The notes below the pieces were generated by a model, which saw only the letters and a list, made by a program, of their open reading frames with translations, searched no databases and was not told the origin of the DNA. The translations under genes and the position numbers were made by a program. From Gammaproteobacteria bacterium (lineage in GTDB: Bacteria; Pseudomonadota; Gammaproteobacteria; Eutrophobiales; Eutrophobiaceae): a stretch of DNA of 64,000 nucleotides. Of this stretch, positions 1-10,767 are shown one piece after another. The stretch lies in the NCBI GenBank assembly GCA_965243205.1, contig CBDEUK010000002.1:1376001-1440000 (forward strand), in the 5' to 3' direction. Within the stretch, counting starts at the first letter, position 1. The number at the start of each line of letters is the position of its first letter.

Positions 1-41
1 AGAAGAAATGACCGGTCGAGTACTGCTTAAATTAAAACAAG

Positions 42-1214
42 ATGACTAAGGCCTCTTCAACTCTTTATCGTTTCCATTTATTTGCTTTATTGTGTGCCTG
101 TTTATTCATTACTTTACCTTTAAAGGCTGAAGAAGATGATCTGAATGATAAAAATCAAGAATTAGAGTCCTTAAAAATACACATTAAAGAAGCCGAACAA
201 GAACTCAATTCTGCAAATAAAGAAAAACTCAGCCTATCGGAAGAACTCAAACAACATGAAGTTCGTATCAGTGAATTGGCTGCCAAAATTTCTGAATTAA
301 CACTTAGCCTCAAAGAGAAAAAAATCACTCTGGAATCGTTAAAAAAAGAAGAACAAAAAGAATTATCTCAACTAGAAAACGAACGAGATATTTTAGCCCA
401 ACAGATTCGCTCTGCTTATATGGTCGGTCGTGCTGATTACATTAAGTTATTACTCAATCAACAAGATCCTGCCAAAGTCAGCCGAGTGTTGGCATATTAT
501 GATTATCATAACCGGACTCGCATTGAAACCATTCAAACGGCTGTAGCAAAACTAGAAAAACTATACGAACTTGAACAAAGCATCGAAACAGAAACAGCTG
601 AAATAGTTGCTTTACAACAAGAGCATGAACAAAAAATCAATGAATATTCAAATAACCGTGAACAACGACAGGCTGTTCTATTAAAACTGGATCAATTTAT
701 TCAGAAAAAAGACGTTGAGCTTGAGAATCTACATGCAGCAGCCAAAGAACTTGGTGAGTTACTCACTACACTTAATAAAGAACAAAAAAGTACTATAGAA
801 TTTTTTGAAGATATTCCACCATTTCAAAATATGCGCGGCAAAATGTCCTGGCCAATTGATGGAAAAATTGTTGAACACTTCGGAACACCAAAAAAAGGCG
901 AAGATTTACAATGGAACGGGGTCGTGATCAGGGCAAATACTGGTGATGATGTAAAAGCCATTAATAATGGTAAAGTGGTGTTTGCGGATTGGTTTAAAAA
1001 CCTCGGTATGTTAATCATTGTGGATCATGGAAATGACTTCATGAGTCTCTATGCCCATAATGAAAGCCTACTCAAAAAACAAGATGATTGGGTTTTAGCA
1101 GGAGAGACCATCGCTACTGTTGGTGATAGTGGAGGACAAAGCCAAGCAGGGTTATATTTCGAGATCCGCAAAGCGGGTAAACCTGTTAACCCAAGTCTTT
1201 GGTGTAAGAAGTAA
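42..1214 (+). CDS. envC: Murein hydrolase activator EnvC (coiled coil + degenerate M23 domain)
   Basis: Signal peptide, long coiled coil, C-terminal M23-like domain (WNGVVI, SLYAHNESL, LYFEIR); upstream of ctpA and yibQ as usual. Confidence 0.9.
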   Translation: MTKASSTLYRFHLFALLCACLFITLPLKAEEDDLNDKNQELESLKIHIKEAEQELNSANKEKLSLSEELKQHEVRISELAAKISELTLSLKEKKITLESLKKEEQKELSQLENERDILAQQIRSAYMVGRADYIKLLLNQQDPAKVSRVLAYYDYHNRTRIETIQTAVAKLEKLYELEQSIETETAEIVALQQEHEQKINEYSNNREQRQAVLLKLDQFIQKKDVELENLHAAAKELGELLTTLNKEQKSTIEFFEDIPPFQNMRGKMSWPIDGKIVEHFGTPKKGEDLQWNGVVIRANTGDDVKAINNGKVVFADWFKNLGMLIIVDHGNDFMSLYAHNESLLKKQDDWVLAGETIATVGDSGGQSQAGLYFEIRKAGKPVNPSLWCKK

Positions 1215-1278
1215 ACCGAACAGGATAAAATAGGTCGTAATTATAATTTCAATAAACACACTCTTACCGGAGCACATT

Positions 1279-2667
1279 ATGCATTCCGTTTTTCGTATTG
1301 CCTTTATTAGTATTTTAGTTATTTCTTTGTTGCCTCGAGTCGGTTGGGCGGAAGGTCCAGACTCTATTCCAGCAGATAATGCATCAGCATTACCTTTAGA
1401 TGAACTCAGAACCTTCACTGAAATTTTTGCCAAGATAAAAAACGACTATGTTGAAGAGGTAGACGATAAAGAATTATTAGAAAATGCTATCCGCGGAATG
1501 TTAGCAGGACTCGACCCACACTCAGATTACCTTGTTGCGGAAGCTTATAAAGAACTACAAGAAGGCACCTCAGGAGAATTCGGTGGGCTCGGCATCGAAG
1601 TTGGAATGGAAGATGGCTTTGTAAAAGTCATTTCGCCTATCGATGATACCCCTGCAGCACGTGCTGGCATCAAAGCTGGTGACTTAATCATTCGTTTAGA
1701 CGAAGCCAGCGTTAAAGGCATGAGCTTAAACGATGCCGTAAAATTAATGCGTGGCAAACCTGGCAGTGAAATTGTTCTGACGATTGTGCGTAAAGGTGAA
1801 GAGCAACCGCTTACTATCACTCTTGTTCGTGATTTTATTAAGGTAAAAAGTGTACGTTCTCGAACACTTGAGCCAGGTTTTGCATACTTAAGAATCTCTA
1901 CTTTCCAATCTAGAACAGCTGATGAATTACGTAAAGCCATTATGGATATGAAAGCTGAAAATAAAAAATCAGGTCTTAACGGGGTGATTTTAGACTTACG
2001 AAATAACCCAGGTGGTGTCCTACAGGCAGCCGTTGGCGTTTCTGATTTGTTCCTGGATAAAGGTTTGATCGTCTACACTGAAGGCCGTGTTAGTGATTCA
2101 CAATTAAAGTTTAATGCGAAACCTGATGATATTCTTAAAGATGTTCCTGTTGTGGTTTTAGTGAACGCAGGCTCTGCTTCTGCCTCTGAAATTGTTGCTG
2201 GTGCTTTGCAGGATCACAAACGCGCTATCATCATGGGTGAAAAATCTTTTGGTAAGGGATCAGTACAAACAATATTACCCATGAACAACCGATCTGCGTT
2301 AAAATTAACGACAGCACGATACTTCACTCCCAATGGCCGTTCGATACAGGCCTCAGGAATTGAACCAGATATTGTGATTGACCGTTTAAAAGTAGCTCAG
2401 CTGGATCCACAATTAAACACTGTGGTGAAAGAATCTAATTTAAGTGGTCATTTAGAAAATAAAAACTCCGAAGAGAGTACTGACAAGGAAAATAATAAAG
2501 AAGAGGCAAAGGGTGTTGAGGAAGCTGATGAAGATACTAAAGATCAAACAGAGAATGCTGACTCTGATAAGAATGATGCATCTTCGATTTCGCTAGCCGC
2601 AACGGACTACGAACTTTATGAAGCACTGAATGTGCTGAAAGGCTTAGCCTTTATAATAAAAAAATAA
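1279..2667 (+). CDS. ctpA: Carboxy-terminal processing protease, S41 family (PDZ + peptidase)
   Basis: GEFGGLGIEV, DLRNNPGG, SASASEIVAGALQD, FGKGSVQ motifs. Confidence 0.93.
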   Translation: MHSVFRIAFISILVISLLPRVGWAEGPDSIPADNASALPLDELRTFTEIFAKIKNDYVEEVDDKELLENAIRGMLAGLDPHSDYLVAEAYKELQEGTSGEFGGLGIEVGMEDGFVKVISPIDDTPAARAGIKAGDLIIRLDEASVKGMSLNDAVKLMRGKPGSEIVLTIVRKGEEQPLTITLVRDFIKVKSVRSRTLEPGFAYLRISTFQSRTADELRKAIMDMKAENKKSGLNGVILDLRNNPGGVLQAAVGVSDLFLDKGLIVYTEGRVSDSQLKFNAKPDDILKDVPVVVLVNAGSASASEIVAGALQDHKRAIIMGEKSFGKGSVQTILPMNNRSALKLTTARYFTPNGRSIQASGIEPDIVIDRLKVAQLDPQLNTVVKESNLSGHLENKNSEESTDKENNKEEAKGVEEADEDTKDQTENADSDKNDASSISLAATDYELYEALNVLKGLAFIIKK

Positions 2668-2673
2668 AAATTA

Positions 2674-3519
2674 ATGAGAAAAACTTCAGCGATACTGATT
2701 AAATCAGTATCGAGTTTGCTTGCTGGTGTCTTGATACTATCAACGCTTCTAGCAACGGCTCCTGTTTATGCAGAGTCATCGTCTAAAGCATTGGTCAGCA
2801 TCATCATTGATGATCTTGGTTATAAACATCACCAGGATTTTCGCGCTGTTGATCTACCAGCTCCTATTGTATGTGCGATTCTGCCTCATACTCCACTATC
2901 TTCAAAAGTTGCTGAAAGAGCCCACCGTGCAGGTAAAGAAATTATTCTTCATGTGCCGATGGAATCGATGCACAAGCATAAGCATAAAAACTTAGGCCCT
3001 GGTGCTTTATATACAAAAATGAGTAAGCAAGAATTTCTCAGTACGTTACGTAAGAATCTTAAAAGCGTACCTTTGGCAATTGGTTTAAATAATCATATGG
3101 GAAGTTTGCTAACCACTCATCCTATTCAAATGCATTGGTTGATGGATGAATTAAAACAACATGGTTATGCCTATATTGATAGCATGACTACAAGTGAAAG
3201 CGTAGCGAATATAGTTGCTCGCAATAAGAAATTGCCTTATTTGGTTCGAGATGTTTTTCTCGATAATGAAGTCAATCCTAATTATATACGTGGGCAATTA
3301 GAACGCTTAGTACAAAGAGCAAAAAAGAAAGGATCAGCTATTGCCATTGGGCATCCTCACAAAGCGACATTAGACGCGTTAGAAAACTTTATTCGCGAGG
3401 CACACTATCAAAACATCGATATCGTTTCGATGACAGAAATGTTGAAACACCGCAAACACAATACCCACACTTTACGCACTACTGCCTTGCCTAAAGAATC
3501 CGATAACACTTTCCACTAA
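2674..3519 (+). CDS. Divergent polysaccharide deacetylase (YibQ family)
   Basis: IIIDDLG, LHVPME, NNHMGS, RDVFLDN, IAIGHP motifs; synteny with envC-ctpA. Confidence 0.88.
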   Translation: MRKTSAILIKSVSSLLAGVLILSTLLATAPVYAESSSKALVSIIIDDLGYKHHQDFRAVDLPAPIVCAILPHTPLSSKVAERAHRAGKEIILHVPMESMHKHKHKNLGPGALYTKMSKQEFLSTLRKNLKSVPLAIGLNNHMGSLLTTHPIQMHWLMDELKQHGYAYIDSMTTSESVANIVARNKKLPYLVRDVFLDNEVNPNYIRGQLERLVQRAKKKGSAIAIGHPHKATLDALENFIREAHYQNIDIVSMTEMLKHRKHNTHTLRTTALPKESDNTFH

Positions 3520-3543
3520 AACCTATATTTAGGTTTAAAATTG

Positions 3544-3570
3544 TTAAGTAATTACTATGTAAGCCGATAA
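3544..3570 (+). promoter_or_regulatory. Putative sigma28 (FliA) promoter
   Basis: TTAAGTAA-N11-GCCGATAA with a perfect -10 box, just upstream of the WD40 gene. Confidence 0.45.
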
Positions 3571-3592
3571 CCTGATTTTCAGAATCACGTTA

Positions 3593-4579
3593 TTGATTGG
3601 CATGTTACGATTTCTAATACCGCTTATTTATTTCCTTTTTATCAATGCTTGCTCGCTAGATGAACCAACATTATCTGAATGGAAATTGTCCGAGTCTGGT
3701 TTATATGCATCAGATATTTCTAGCAATGGAAAATTTGCTGTTATCTCAAGCTTTCGTGAAGGTGTAAGTTATTGGGATTTAGAAAAATCACAAAAACTCT
3801 TTGACTGGAGTCATGGTAAAAATGCTAAAACCGCGATTTCACATGTAAAATTCTCGCCAGACAATTCACATGTAGTAACCGCTGACTTAAGGGCTTTTGT
3901 GGTATGGAATACAAATTCAGGTGAAGCGTTAGGCTATTGGAGTGTTGAATCAGATATTTTAGACATAGCCATTTCTAATGCTGCAACATATGTTTTGTTG
4001 GGTCTAAAAGATGGCAGAGCCTTGCATATTAATCTTGAAACTCAACGTCGACTGGAAGTGATCGCTCATCGAGAAGAGCGCGTCACAACGGTTGAGTTAA
4101 CACCTAGCGGCAAATATGCCATTACCGGAGGTAATGATCATCGAGCTGTAATATGGAATGCCGCAACAGGAAAGGAACATCAAACCTTTGAAATGAGCTC
4201 ACGTATTAAACTAGTTGAGTTTAATCAAAAAGGCACCCATGCTTTTGTTAGCACAGAAAAAAACCAAGCTTTTATATTTGATAAAAAATCCGGCAAACAA
4301 ATTTCTCAACTAAACTTTAAACCACGCCAAGGTTTAGTCAGTAGTGCACGATTTTCTAAAGATGGTAAACAACTATTGCTAGGTTTCCCAGGAAGATATT
4401 TATCCTTATGGGATACAAAAACAGGAACAGTCATTAAACATTGGCGAGTACCTAATAAAACCGTTGGTTTATCACCGCAGAGTGCAACAACTTACAGTGT
4501 AGAATTTATAGAAAAGAATAAAACGATTGTGGCTCAGGCTTCGAATGGTTTAGGTGCTAGTTGGAAACTGGCACCATAA
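3593..4579 (+). CDS. WD40-repeat beta-propeller protein, probable lipoprotein
   Basis: Lipobox-like INAC; repeated WD/WN-ending units (VSYWDL, FVVWNT, AVIWNA, LSLWDT); start may be ATG 3602. Confidence 0.75.
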   Translation: MIGMLRFLIPLIYFLFINACSLDEPTLSEWKLSESGLYASDISSNGKFAVISSFREGVSYWDLEKSQKLFDWSHGKNAKTAISHVKFSPDNSHVVTADLRAFVVWNTNSGEALGYWSVESDILDIAISNAATYVLLGLKDGRALHINLETQRRLEVIAHREERVTTVELTPSGKYAITGGNDHRAVIWNAATGKEHQTFEMSSRIKLVEFNQKGTHAFVSTEKNQAFIFDKKSGKQISQLNFKPRQGLVSSARFSKDGKQLLLGFPGRYLSLWDTKTGTVIKHWRVPNKTVGLSPQSATTYSVEFIEKNKTIVAQASNGLGASWKLAP

Positions 4580-4591
4580 AAAAACTTGTTT

Positions 4592-5146
4592 TTAGAACAT
4601 GCTAAATTCTTGTTCCATATCCAAATTTGGAAAATAGCGTTTCATCGTTATTGCATCGGGCTCTAATTGTTTAGCCATCATCAAATCGACATCTTCAGAA
4701 ATATGATCAATCACTGATTCAACATTCTCTTGGTAAGAAGCTTCACTTAATACATTGCCCCAGATTGAAAGGTTTTTGCTATAAATCAAACGTTGATCTG
4801 ATTTCTTGGCCCATTCACCAGACACTTCTTTACCTAAAACGGCTAGCTTTTCTTTAACAACAACCTGTCGGTCAGAATTAATTCCCTCGACTAACTCATC
4901 AGATACTTCCAACCAACCACGTGAAAAACCAGCCCAGCCTTTGTAAAAACGTTTTACCCACATTAGGTAGTCATCTTCTGACTGAGCAGCTTGATTATGA
5001 GTATCTTGTGAATACAAATTTTGATAGTACGATAATTTAGGAATATCAGACGGCCATTCTAAGGCGATAGAATCAACCTTTTTTGGGTTGGTACAAGCCA
5101 TTAACACTAATGGTAATAACAGAATGATAAAAACTTTATTCAACAT
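4592..5146 (-). CDS. Hypothetical lipoprotein
   Basis: MLNKVFIILLLPLVLMAC lipobox from ATG 5146; this start avoids overlap with ubiB. Confidence 0.65.
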   Translation of the reverse strand: MLNKVFIILLLPLVLMACTNPKKVDSIALEWPSDIPKLSYYQNLYSQDTHNQAAQSEDDYLMWVKRFYKGWAGFSRGWLEVSDELVEGINSDRQVVVKEKLAVLGKEVSGEWAKKSDQRLIYSKNLSIWGNVLSEASYQENVESVIDHISEDVDLMMAKQLEPDAITMKRYFPNLDMEQEFSMF

Positions 5147-5168
5147 AATGCGCCACTTATTTATACAA

Positions 5169-6830
5169 TTATTTTTTAAATGCCAAACCCACAAATCCGA
5201 CTCCTAAGCCAATAAGAACCCAACTTATCATTGGAGCTCCCCATAGCATAGATGATGATTCCATCTCGGATCCGTAAATTACAGCGGCACTGATCACAAA
5301 ACCTGAAGCAATTATCGCAAAAATTGTTCGATCTTTATCAATTCTAGATTCTTGACGTAATTTTTCCAGTTCTTGAGACTTCCATTCAAATTGCAATTTA
5401 CCGTCTTTGGTCCGCTCAATGACTTCGACGATCTTATTAGGTAAATCTGGCAGCCTATCAACCCAATAAGGAATATTTTTCTTAGTGCCTTTGTACAGAC
5501 CTCGAATTCCTACTCGGTCTTTCATCCACTGCTCCATTGATGGCCTAGCCGCTTCCCATAGGTTCAAATCAGGGTGTAATTCTCGCCCTAGGCCTTCAAT
5601 ATTAATCAGGGTTTTTTGCAATAATATTAATTGCGGCATAATGACCATGTTGAACTGCCTAGCCGTTTGGAACAAACGTAATAGCAAAGTACCAAACGAA
5701 ATATCTTTTAATGGACGATCAAATAATGGTTCACAGACTGCACGTATGGCAAATTCAAATTCATCTACTCGCGTATTGGCTGGTACCCAACCCGATTCCA
5801 CATGCAATTCAGCAACACGTTGGTAATCTTTATTTAAAAAAGCTAAAAAGTTCTCCGCAAGATAACGCTGGTCAAACTCACTGAGCGAACTCATTATGCC
5901 AAAATCAACTAATATGAAACGGGTTTTCCCGGAATTATCTTTATCAACAAATATATTTCCCGGATGCATGTCAGCATGAAAATAGTTATCACGAAATACT
6001 TGAGTAAAAAATAAATCTACTCCTGTTTTTGCTAACTGCTCCAGATCAACGCCCATTGCATTTAATGCTGAAATATCTGAAATATGCGCCCCGTAGATAC
6101 GTTCCATCACCATGACATTTTTCCGTGTTAACTCCCACTCAACATTGGGAATGTAAATGTCGTCAGAATCTTGCATATTACGTCGAAGCTGTGAAGCATT
6201 TGCCGCTTCGCGCATTAGATCTAGTTCATTCAGTAGCGTCTTTTCAAATTCACTAACGACATTACTGGGTTTTAGCCGCTGACTATCTTTTGAATAACGT
6301 TCTGCTTGGCGAGCTAAGAAATGTAATATGCCTATATCACGCCGGATAACTTTTAAAATATCTGGCCTTAAAACTTTAACAATAACATCACGGCCATCTT
6401 TTAATTTAGCACTATGAACTTGTGCGACCGAAGCAGAAGCCAAAGCTGTTTCATTGAATTCTGTAAATACTTCTTCAAGAGAAAAACCATAGGCTTGTTC
6501 AATAATGGAACGGGCTTCTTTACCAGAAAACGGGCGCACGGAATCTTGAAGTTTTTCAAATTCAATAACAATGTCTTCCGCTAACATATCTCTACGTGTA
6601 GACAATTGTTGCCCAAGTTTAACGAATACGGGCCCTAAATCTTCCAGAACTCTTCTAAGACGAATCGCGCGTGGTTCATGTTTTTTCTCAAACCAGTTCC
6701 AAGGCAATAAATACAATATAAACCTTAAAGGTCGAAATAAATGTGTAGCAAAAACAATTTCGTCCATACCATGACGGATCAAAATCCGTTGAATGTTAAG
6801 TAATCTAAAAATTTCGCCTATGGAGAACAT
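5169..6830 (-). CDS. ubiB: Ubiquinone biosynthesis kinase-like protein UbiB
   Basis: LGPVFVKLGQ, ASASVAQVH, FHADMHPGN, DFGI; in the ubiE-ubiJ-ubiB operon. Confidence 0.95.
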   Translation of the reverse strand: MFSIGEIFRLLNIQRILIRHGMDEIVFATHLFRPLRFILYLLPWNWFEKKHEPRAIRLRRVLEDLGPVFVKLGQQLSTRRDMLAEDIVIEFEKLQDSVRPFSGKEARSIIEQAYGFSLEEVFTEFNETALASASVAQVHSAKLKDGRDVIVKVLRPDILKVIRRDIGILHFLARQAERYSKDSQRLKPSNVVSEFEKTLLNELDLMREAANASQLRRNMQDSDDIYIPNVEWELTRKNVMVMERIYGAHISDISALNAMGVDLEQLAKTGVDLFFTQVFRDNYFHADMHPGNIFVDKDNSGKTRFILVDFGIMSSLSEFDQRYLAENFLAFLNKDYQRVAELHVESGWVPANTRVDEFEFAIRAVCEPLFDRPLKDISFGTLLLRLFQTARQFNMVIMPQLILLQKTLINIEGLGRELHPDLNLWEAARPSMEQWMKDRVGIRGLYKGTKKNIPYWVDRLPDLPNKIVEVIERTKDGKLQFEWKSQELEKLRQESRIDKDRTIFAIIASGFVISAAVIYGSEMESSSMLWGAPMISWVLIGLGVGFVGLAFKK

Positions 6831-6832
6831 GT

Positions 6833-7429
6833 TTATTTATTATTCATTAATCGTTCGAATCTAAGTTTCAAAAGCTCAACTTCATTACGTATTTCATCTA
6901 CATCATTAACAAATTCATTCACTAATAATTGATCTGGAAGTATTCCTGTTTCAAAACGCAAATAATCACTGCTATTACGTTTAAAACTATCTCTAAAATT
7001 ATTTATATTGGCTTTTGCATCTTTAAAAAACAATGTAGCTTTTCTCGCTACAGTATCCCCAACATATTCAGAAATTATTTCTTCCCAATCAATATCCAAT
7101 CGTTTCAAGGTATTTTGAAATCGCTGTGCTAAATTGATATCACCTTTTAATTCTAAATCGCTTGGAAATGTTGATTGACCATCTTTATTCCTAAGCAATG
7201 ATAATAATGATATAGGCTTGCCTTTAATAACCACGTCAGCATCAACTTCTTTATTCAATAAAAACTGCAAACCCAATGCATTTGGTTTAATCGCCAAACG
7301 AATATTCATACCATCAATATCCACAAGAATGGTTTTTCCTGAGTATTCTGCAATCTCACTGAGTATTTCAGGATCGTAACCCAACAAACGATTCACAACG
7401 CTTTCTAATTTATTTATTAATTCATCCAT
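6833..7429 (-). CDS. ubiJ: Ubiquinone biosynthesis accessory factor UbiJ (SCP2 domain)
   Basis: LDIDWEE..SEYVGD motif, SCP2-like N-terminus, located between ubiE and ubiB. Confidence 0.88.
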   Translation of the reverse strand: MDELINKLESVVNRLLGYDPEILSEIAEYSGKTILVDIDGMNIRLAIKPNALGLQFLLNKEVDADVVIKGKPISLLSLLRNKDGQSTFPSDLELKGDINLAQRFQNTLKRLDIDWEEIISEYVGDTVARKATLFFKDAKANINNFRDSFKRNSSDYLRFETGILPDQLLVNEFVNDVDEIRNEVELLKLRFERLMNNK

Positions 7430-7432
7430 TAC

Positions 7433-8182
7433 TTAAATTTTATACGCCGTATGAATTGCCACAATACCAGCCGATAAATTTTTATAGCTAACACGTTCAA
7501 AACCAGCTTGTTCTAATAACTCTTTTAATGTTTCTTGATCAGGATGCATACGAATCGATTCAACTAAATATTGATAACTTGCCTCATCATCCGCAATTAA
7601 CTTTCCAAACTTTGGTATCAAATTAAATGAATACTCATCATAAACTTTCTGTAGTATAGGCAAGCTAAGTTTAGAGAACTCTAATATCATTAATTGAGAA
7701 CCATAATTCAAACATCGATACATTGATTTTAACGCTGTTAACTTATCAGTAACATTACGTAATCCAAAGGCGATTGATATAAAATCAAAACTATTGGAGT
7801 CAAACGGTAAACATTCAGCATTGACTTGAGCAAACTGAATATTATTAGTGATGCCTTTATTAATAAAACGGTCTCGGCCTTCACGTAACATATCACCATT
7901 GATGTCTGCTAAGGTTACTTGGCCTTTATCACCAACACGTTTTAATAATTTAAAACTGAGATCACCAGTACCTCCAGCCAGGTCTAAAACCTTATCGCCT
8001 TTTTTGATAGCTGCTGTATGAATCGCATATCGCTTCCAAAAACGATGTATGCCCAGAGACATCACATCATTCATAATATCGTATTGAGAAGCGACCGACG
8101 AAAAGACCTCACCTACTTTACGAGTCTTTTCATGCTTTGAGACTTTCTCAAAACCAAAATCAGTATAATCAGTATTAGCCAT
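7433..8182 (-). CDS. ubiE: Ubiquinone/menaquinone C-methyltransferase UbiE
   Basis: YDIMNDVMSLGIHRFWK, LDLAGGTGD, FGLRNVT; start taken as ATG 8182 (MANTDY). Confidence 0.95.
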   Translation of the reverse strand: MANTDYTDFGFEKVSKHEKTRKVGEVFSSVASQYDIMNDVMSLGIHRFWKRYAIHTAAIKKGDKVLDLAGGTGDLSFKLLKRVGDKGQVTLADINGDMLREGRDRFINKGITNNIQFAQVNAECLPFDSNSFDFISIAFGLRNVTDKLTALKSMYRCLNYGSQLMILEFSKLSLPILQKVYDEYSFNLIPKFGKLIADDEASYQYLVESIRMHPDQETLKELLEQAGFERVSYKNLSAGIVAIHTAYKI

Positions 8183-8543
8183 CTTGTTGTTTTCTTGTGT
8201 GCCCTGCTTCAGATAATTTATCAAGGTATCCTTGCCAATAATATTGCTTATTTTGACCAAGTTCTTTCAAATAAGACCACGTGTACAATCCTGTATTATG
8301 ACCGTCATCAAAAATAATTTTTATAGCGTAATTTCCTACAGGTTCAATCGTTTCGATAAGAACATCCTCCTTACCAATTTGCAAAACAGCATCATCCTTG
8401 CCATGTCCTTTGACTTCTGCTGAAGGCGAGTGAACTCGTAAATATTCAAAACTATATTCATAATGTTCGTCATTTTCAAAACTTACACGCAAACAACGCG
8501 ATTGTTTTTTAAGCGAAATTTCTTGTGGAATATCTGTCGACAT
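8175..8543 (-). CDS. DUF971 / gamma-butyrobetaine hydroxylase-like N-terminal domain protein
   Basis: EYLRVHSPSAEVKGHG, VGNYAI, FDDGHNTGLYTWSYL; usual hslU-DUF971-ubiE context. Confidence 0.88.
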   Translation of the reverse strand: MSTDIPQEISLKKQSRCLRVSFENDEHYEYSFEYLRVHSPSAEVKGHGKDDAVLQIGKEDVLIETIEPVGNYAIKIIFDDGHNTGLYTWSYLKELGQNKQYYWQGYLDKLSEAGHTRKQQDG

Positions 8544-8557
8544 AAAACTTGTAAATT

Positions 8558-8597
8558 AAAACAGTGCAAACATAGTAGCGGAATAATGTCTGCACTG
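8558..8597 (-). terminator. Putative intrinsic terminator after hslU
   Basis: Minus strand CAGTGCAGACAT...ATGTTTGCACTG followed by TTTT. Confidence 0.45.
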
Positions 8598-8627
8598 ATA
8601 GATGGGATTTGACTGAAACTGTATGAA

Positions 8628-9959
8628 TTACAATATATAACGTGCTAAATCTTCGTCTTCGACAAACTCATTAAGTTGTGAATTCACATACTCTGCATTC
8701 ACGGTCACGCTAGAACCATTTTTATCAGATGCTTCATACGAAAGGCTTTCTAAAAGACGTTCCATTACGGTATGCAAACGCCGCGCACCAATGTTTTCAG
8801 TAGATTCATTAACTTGCCAAGCAATTTCAGCAAGTCGTTTTAAACCATCGTCTTCAAATACGAGTTCAATACCCTCTGTTTTCATTAAGGCAATATATTG
8901 TTGAGTTAATGCAGCATCGGGCTCTTTTAAGATACGAATAAAATCTTCGACCGATAATGCTGATAATTCCACGCGTATCGGTAAGCGCCCTTGTAATTCA
9001 GGAATCAAGTCCGAAGGCTTCGCTAAATGAAATGCGCCTGATGCAATAAATAAAATATGATCGGTTTTGACCATGCCGTGTTTGGTCGTAACTGTACTAC
9101 CTTCTACAAGCGGTAATAAATCACGCTGAACACCTTCACGAGAGACATCTGGTCCTGAGGTTTCTGAACGACGGGTCACTTTGTCGATTTCATCCAAAAA
9201 CACTAAACCATTTTGCTCTACATTTGCTACCGCTCTGGCTTTGATATCTTCTTCGTTCACCATTTTAGCGGCTTCTTCATCGGTTAAAGCTTTTAAAGCG
9301 TCTTTCACTTTTACTTTACGTGATTGTTTCTTACCGCTGGAAAAATTTTGGAACATATTTTGTAGCTGCCCCGTCATTTCTTCCATGCCAGGAGGCGCCA
9401 TGATTTCAACACCAATCGAAGGCGAACTCAGTTCTATTTCGATTTCTTTTTCTGCAAGAGCGCCTTCTCTCAGCATGGTTCGAAATTTATCTCGTGTTGA
9501 AGAATTATTATTTTCGTCACCATCAGGATTTTGAAAGCTGCGAGCTGATGGCAATAAATAATCTAAAACCCGTTCCTCTGCGGCTTTTTCAGCCCGCTCT
9601 TTAACTTTTTCTAACTCGATTTCTCGTGTCATTTTGATAGAGACATCGACTAAATCTCGAATGATTGATTCTACATCACGTCCAACATATCCAACTTCGG
9701 TAAACTTTGTAGCTTCGACTTTAATAAATGGTGCATTGGCCAATTTCGCTAAACGACGAGCGATTTCAGTTTTACCTACGCCTGTAGGTCCAATCATTAA
9801 AATATTTTTAGGGGTAATTTCGTTACGTAAATCTTCACTGACTTGACTACGACGCCAGCGATTTCTTAAAGCAATAGCAACAGCTCGTTTGGCCTCGTCT
9901 TGACCAATAATGTGTTTATCTAATTCATTAACAATTTCACGCGGGGTAAATTCAGACAT
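8628..9959 (-). CDS. hslU: ATP-dependent protease ATPase subunit HslU
   Basis: [20 protein letters not shown]-terminal DLARYIL. Confidence 0.97.
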   Translation of the reverse strand: MSEFTPREIVNELDKHIIGQDEAKRAVAIALRNRWRRSQVSEDLRNEITPKNILMIGPTGVGKTEIARRLAKLANAPFIKVEATKFTEVGYVGRDVESIIRDLVDVSIKMTREIELEKVKERAEKAAEERVLDYLLPSARSFQNPDGDENNNSSTRDKFRTMLREGALAEKEIEIELSSPSIGVEIMAPPGMEEMTGQLQNMFQNFSSGKKQSRKVKVKDALKALTDEEAAKMVNEEDIKARAVANVEQNGLVFLDEIDKVTRRSETSGPDVSREGVQRDLLPLVEGSTVTTKHGMVKTDHILFIASGAFHLAKPSDLIPELQGRLPIRVELSALSVEDFIRILKEPDAALTQQYIALMKTEGIELVFEDDGLKRLAEIAWQVNESTENIGARRLHTVMERLLESLSYEASDKNGSSVTVNAEYVNSQLNEFVEDEDLARYIL

Positions 9960-9978
9960 ACAAATTCCAATAATATTT

Positions 9979-10524
9979 TTATTCTTCAGTGGTAAGTTCT
10001 TCGATGGTTAAGTTTCGATTGGTATAAATACAAATATCTGCAGCAATATTTAAGCCTTTTTCAACAATTTCTCTGGCTGATAACTCTGTATTTTCCAATA
10101 AAGCAATCGCCGCAGAGCTGGCAAAGGAACCGCCAGAGCCAATAGCCATAATCGAATTTTCAGGCTCTATCACATCTCCATTACCAGAAATAATTAACGA
10201 AGTGGTCTTATCAGCAACACAGAGCATAGCTTCTAAACGACGCAGCATACGGTCAGTACGCCAGTCCTTAGCTAACTCCACAGCAGATCGAGTTAAATGC
10301 CCTGAGTGCTTTTCAAGCTTGCCTTCAAAGCGCTCAAATAACGTAAAAGCATCCGCAGTGCCGCCTGCGAACCCAGCCAGAATTTGACCTTTATATAATC
10401 TTCGTACTTTATGAGCGTTGCCTTTCATGACGGTATTACCCAGTGAAACCTGCCCGTCACCACCAATCACGACTTGGTTACCTCGACGCACCGACAAAAT
10501 CGTCGTACCTCTAAATTGTTCCAA
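9979..10524 (-). CDS. hslV: ATP-dependent protease subunit HslV
   Basis: TTILSVRR N-terminus, [20 protein letters not shown]; TTG start with an RBS. Confidence 0.97.
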   Translation of the reverse strand: MEQFRGTTILSVRRGNQVVIGGDGQVSLGNTVMKGNAHKVRRLYKGQILAGFAGGTADAFTLFERFEGKLEKHSGHLTRSAVELAKDWRTDRMLRRLEAMLCVADKTTSLIISGNGDVIEPENSIMAIGSGGSFASSAAIALLENTELSAREIVEKGLNIAADICIYTNRNLTIEELTTEE

Positions 10525-10566
10525 TCAAACTCTCCTCTCTACGAGATTTTTACGATAAGAAATTGA

Positions 10567-10594
10567 ATATGGGGATTACTGAGCAAAAAACAAT
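10567..10594 (-). promoter_or_regulatory. Putative sigma32 promoter of hslVU
   Basis: Minus strand ATTGTT-N14-CCCCATAT; consensus -10, weak -35. Confidence 0.5.
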
Positions 10595-10708
10595 GACCTT
10601 TTGAAGTCATCTATTATGATGCTGTTGTATTTTGCATCATCTAAAACAAATTTTAGCATTTTTGATCACTCATCAGTCATTGTTTAGCAGACAGTTTTCA
10701 AAATTTTC

Positions 10709-10735
10709 TCAAGTAATCGTTTGATTTGTCGATAA
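10709..10735 (+). promoter_or_regulatory. Putative sigma28 (FliA) promoter of the receiver-cheC-GGDEF/EAL operon
   Basis: TCAAGTAA-N11-GTCGATAA, close to the TCAAG-N14-GCCGATAA consensus, about 30 bp upstream of ATG 10768. Confidence 0.55.
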
Positions 10736-10767
10736 TTTATTTAGAAATAAAGCCTTTGGAGATAATA

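Noticed and set aside
2455-2590. Acidic low-complexity stretch in the CtpA C-terminus
   Set aside because: A variable linker that is common in CtpA orthologues
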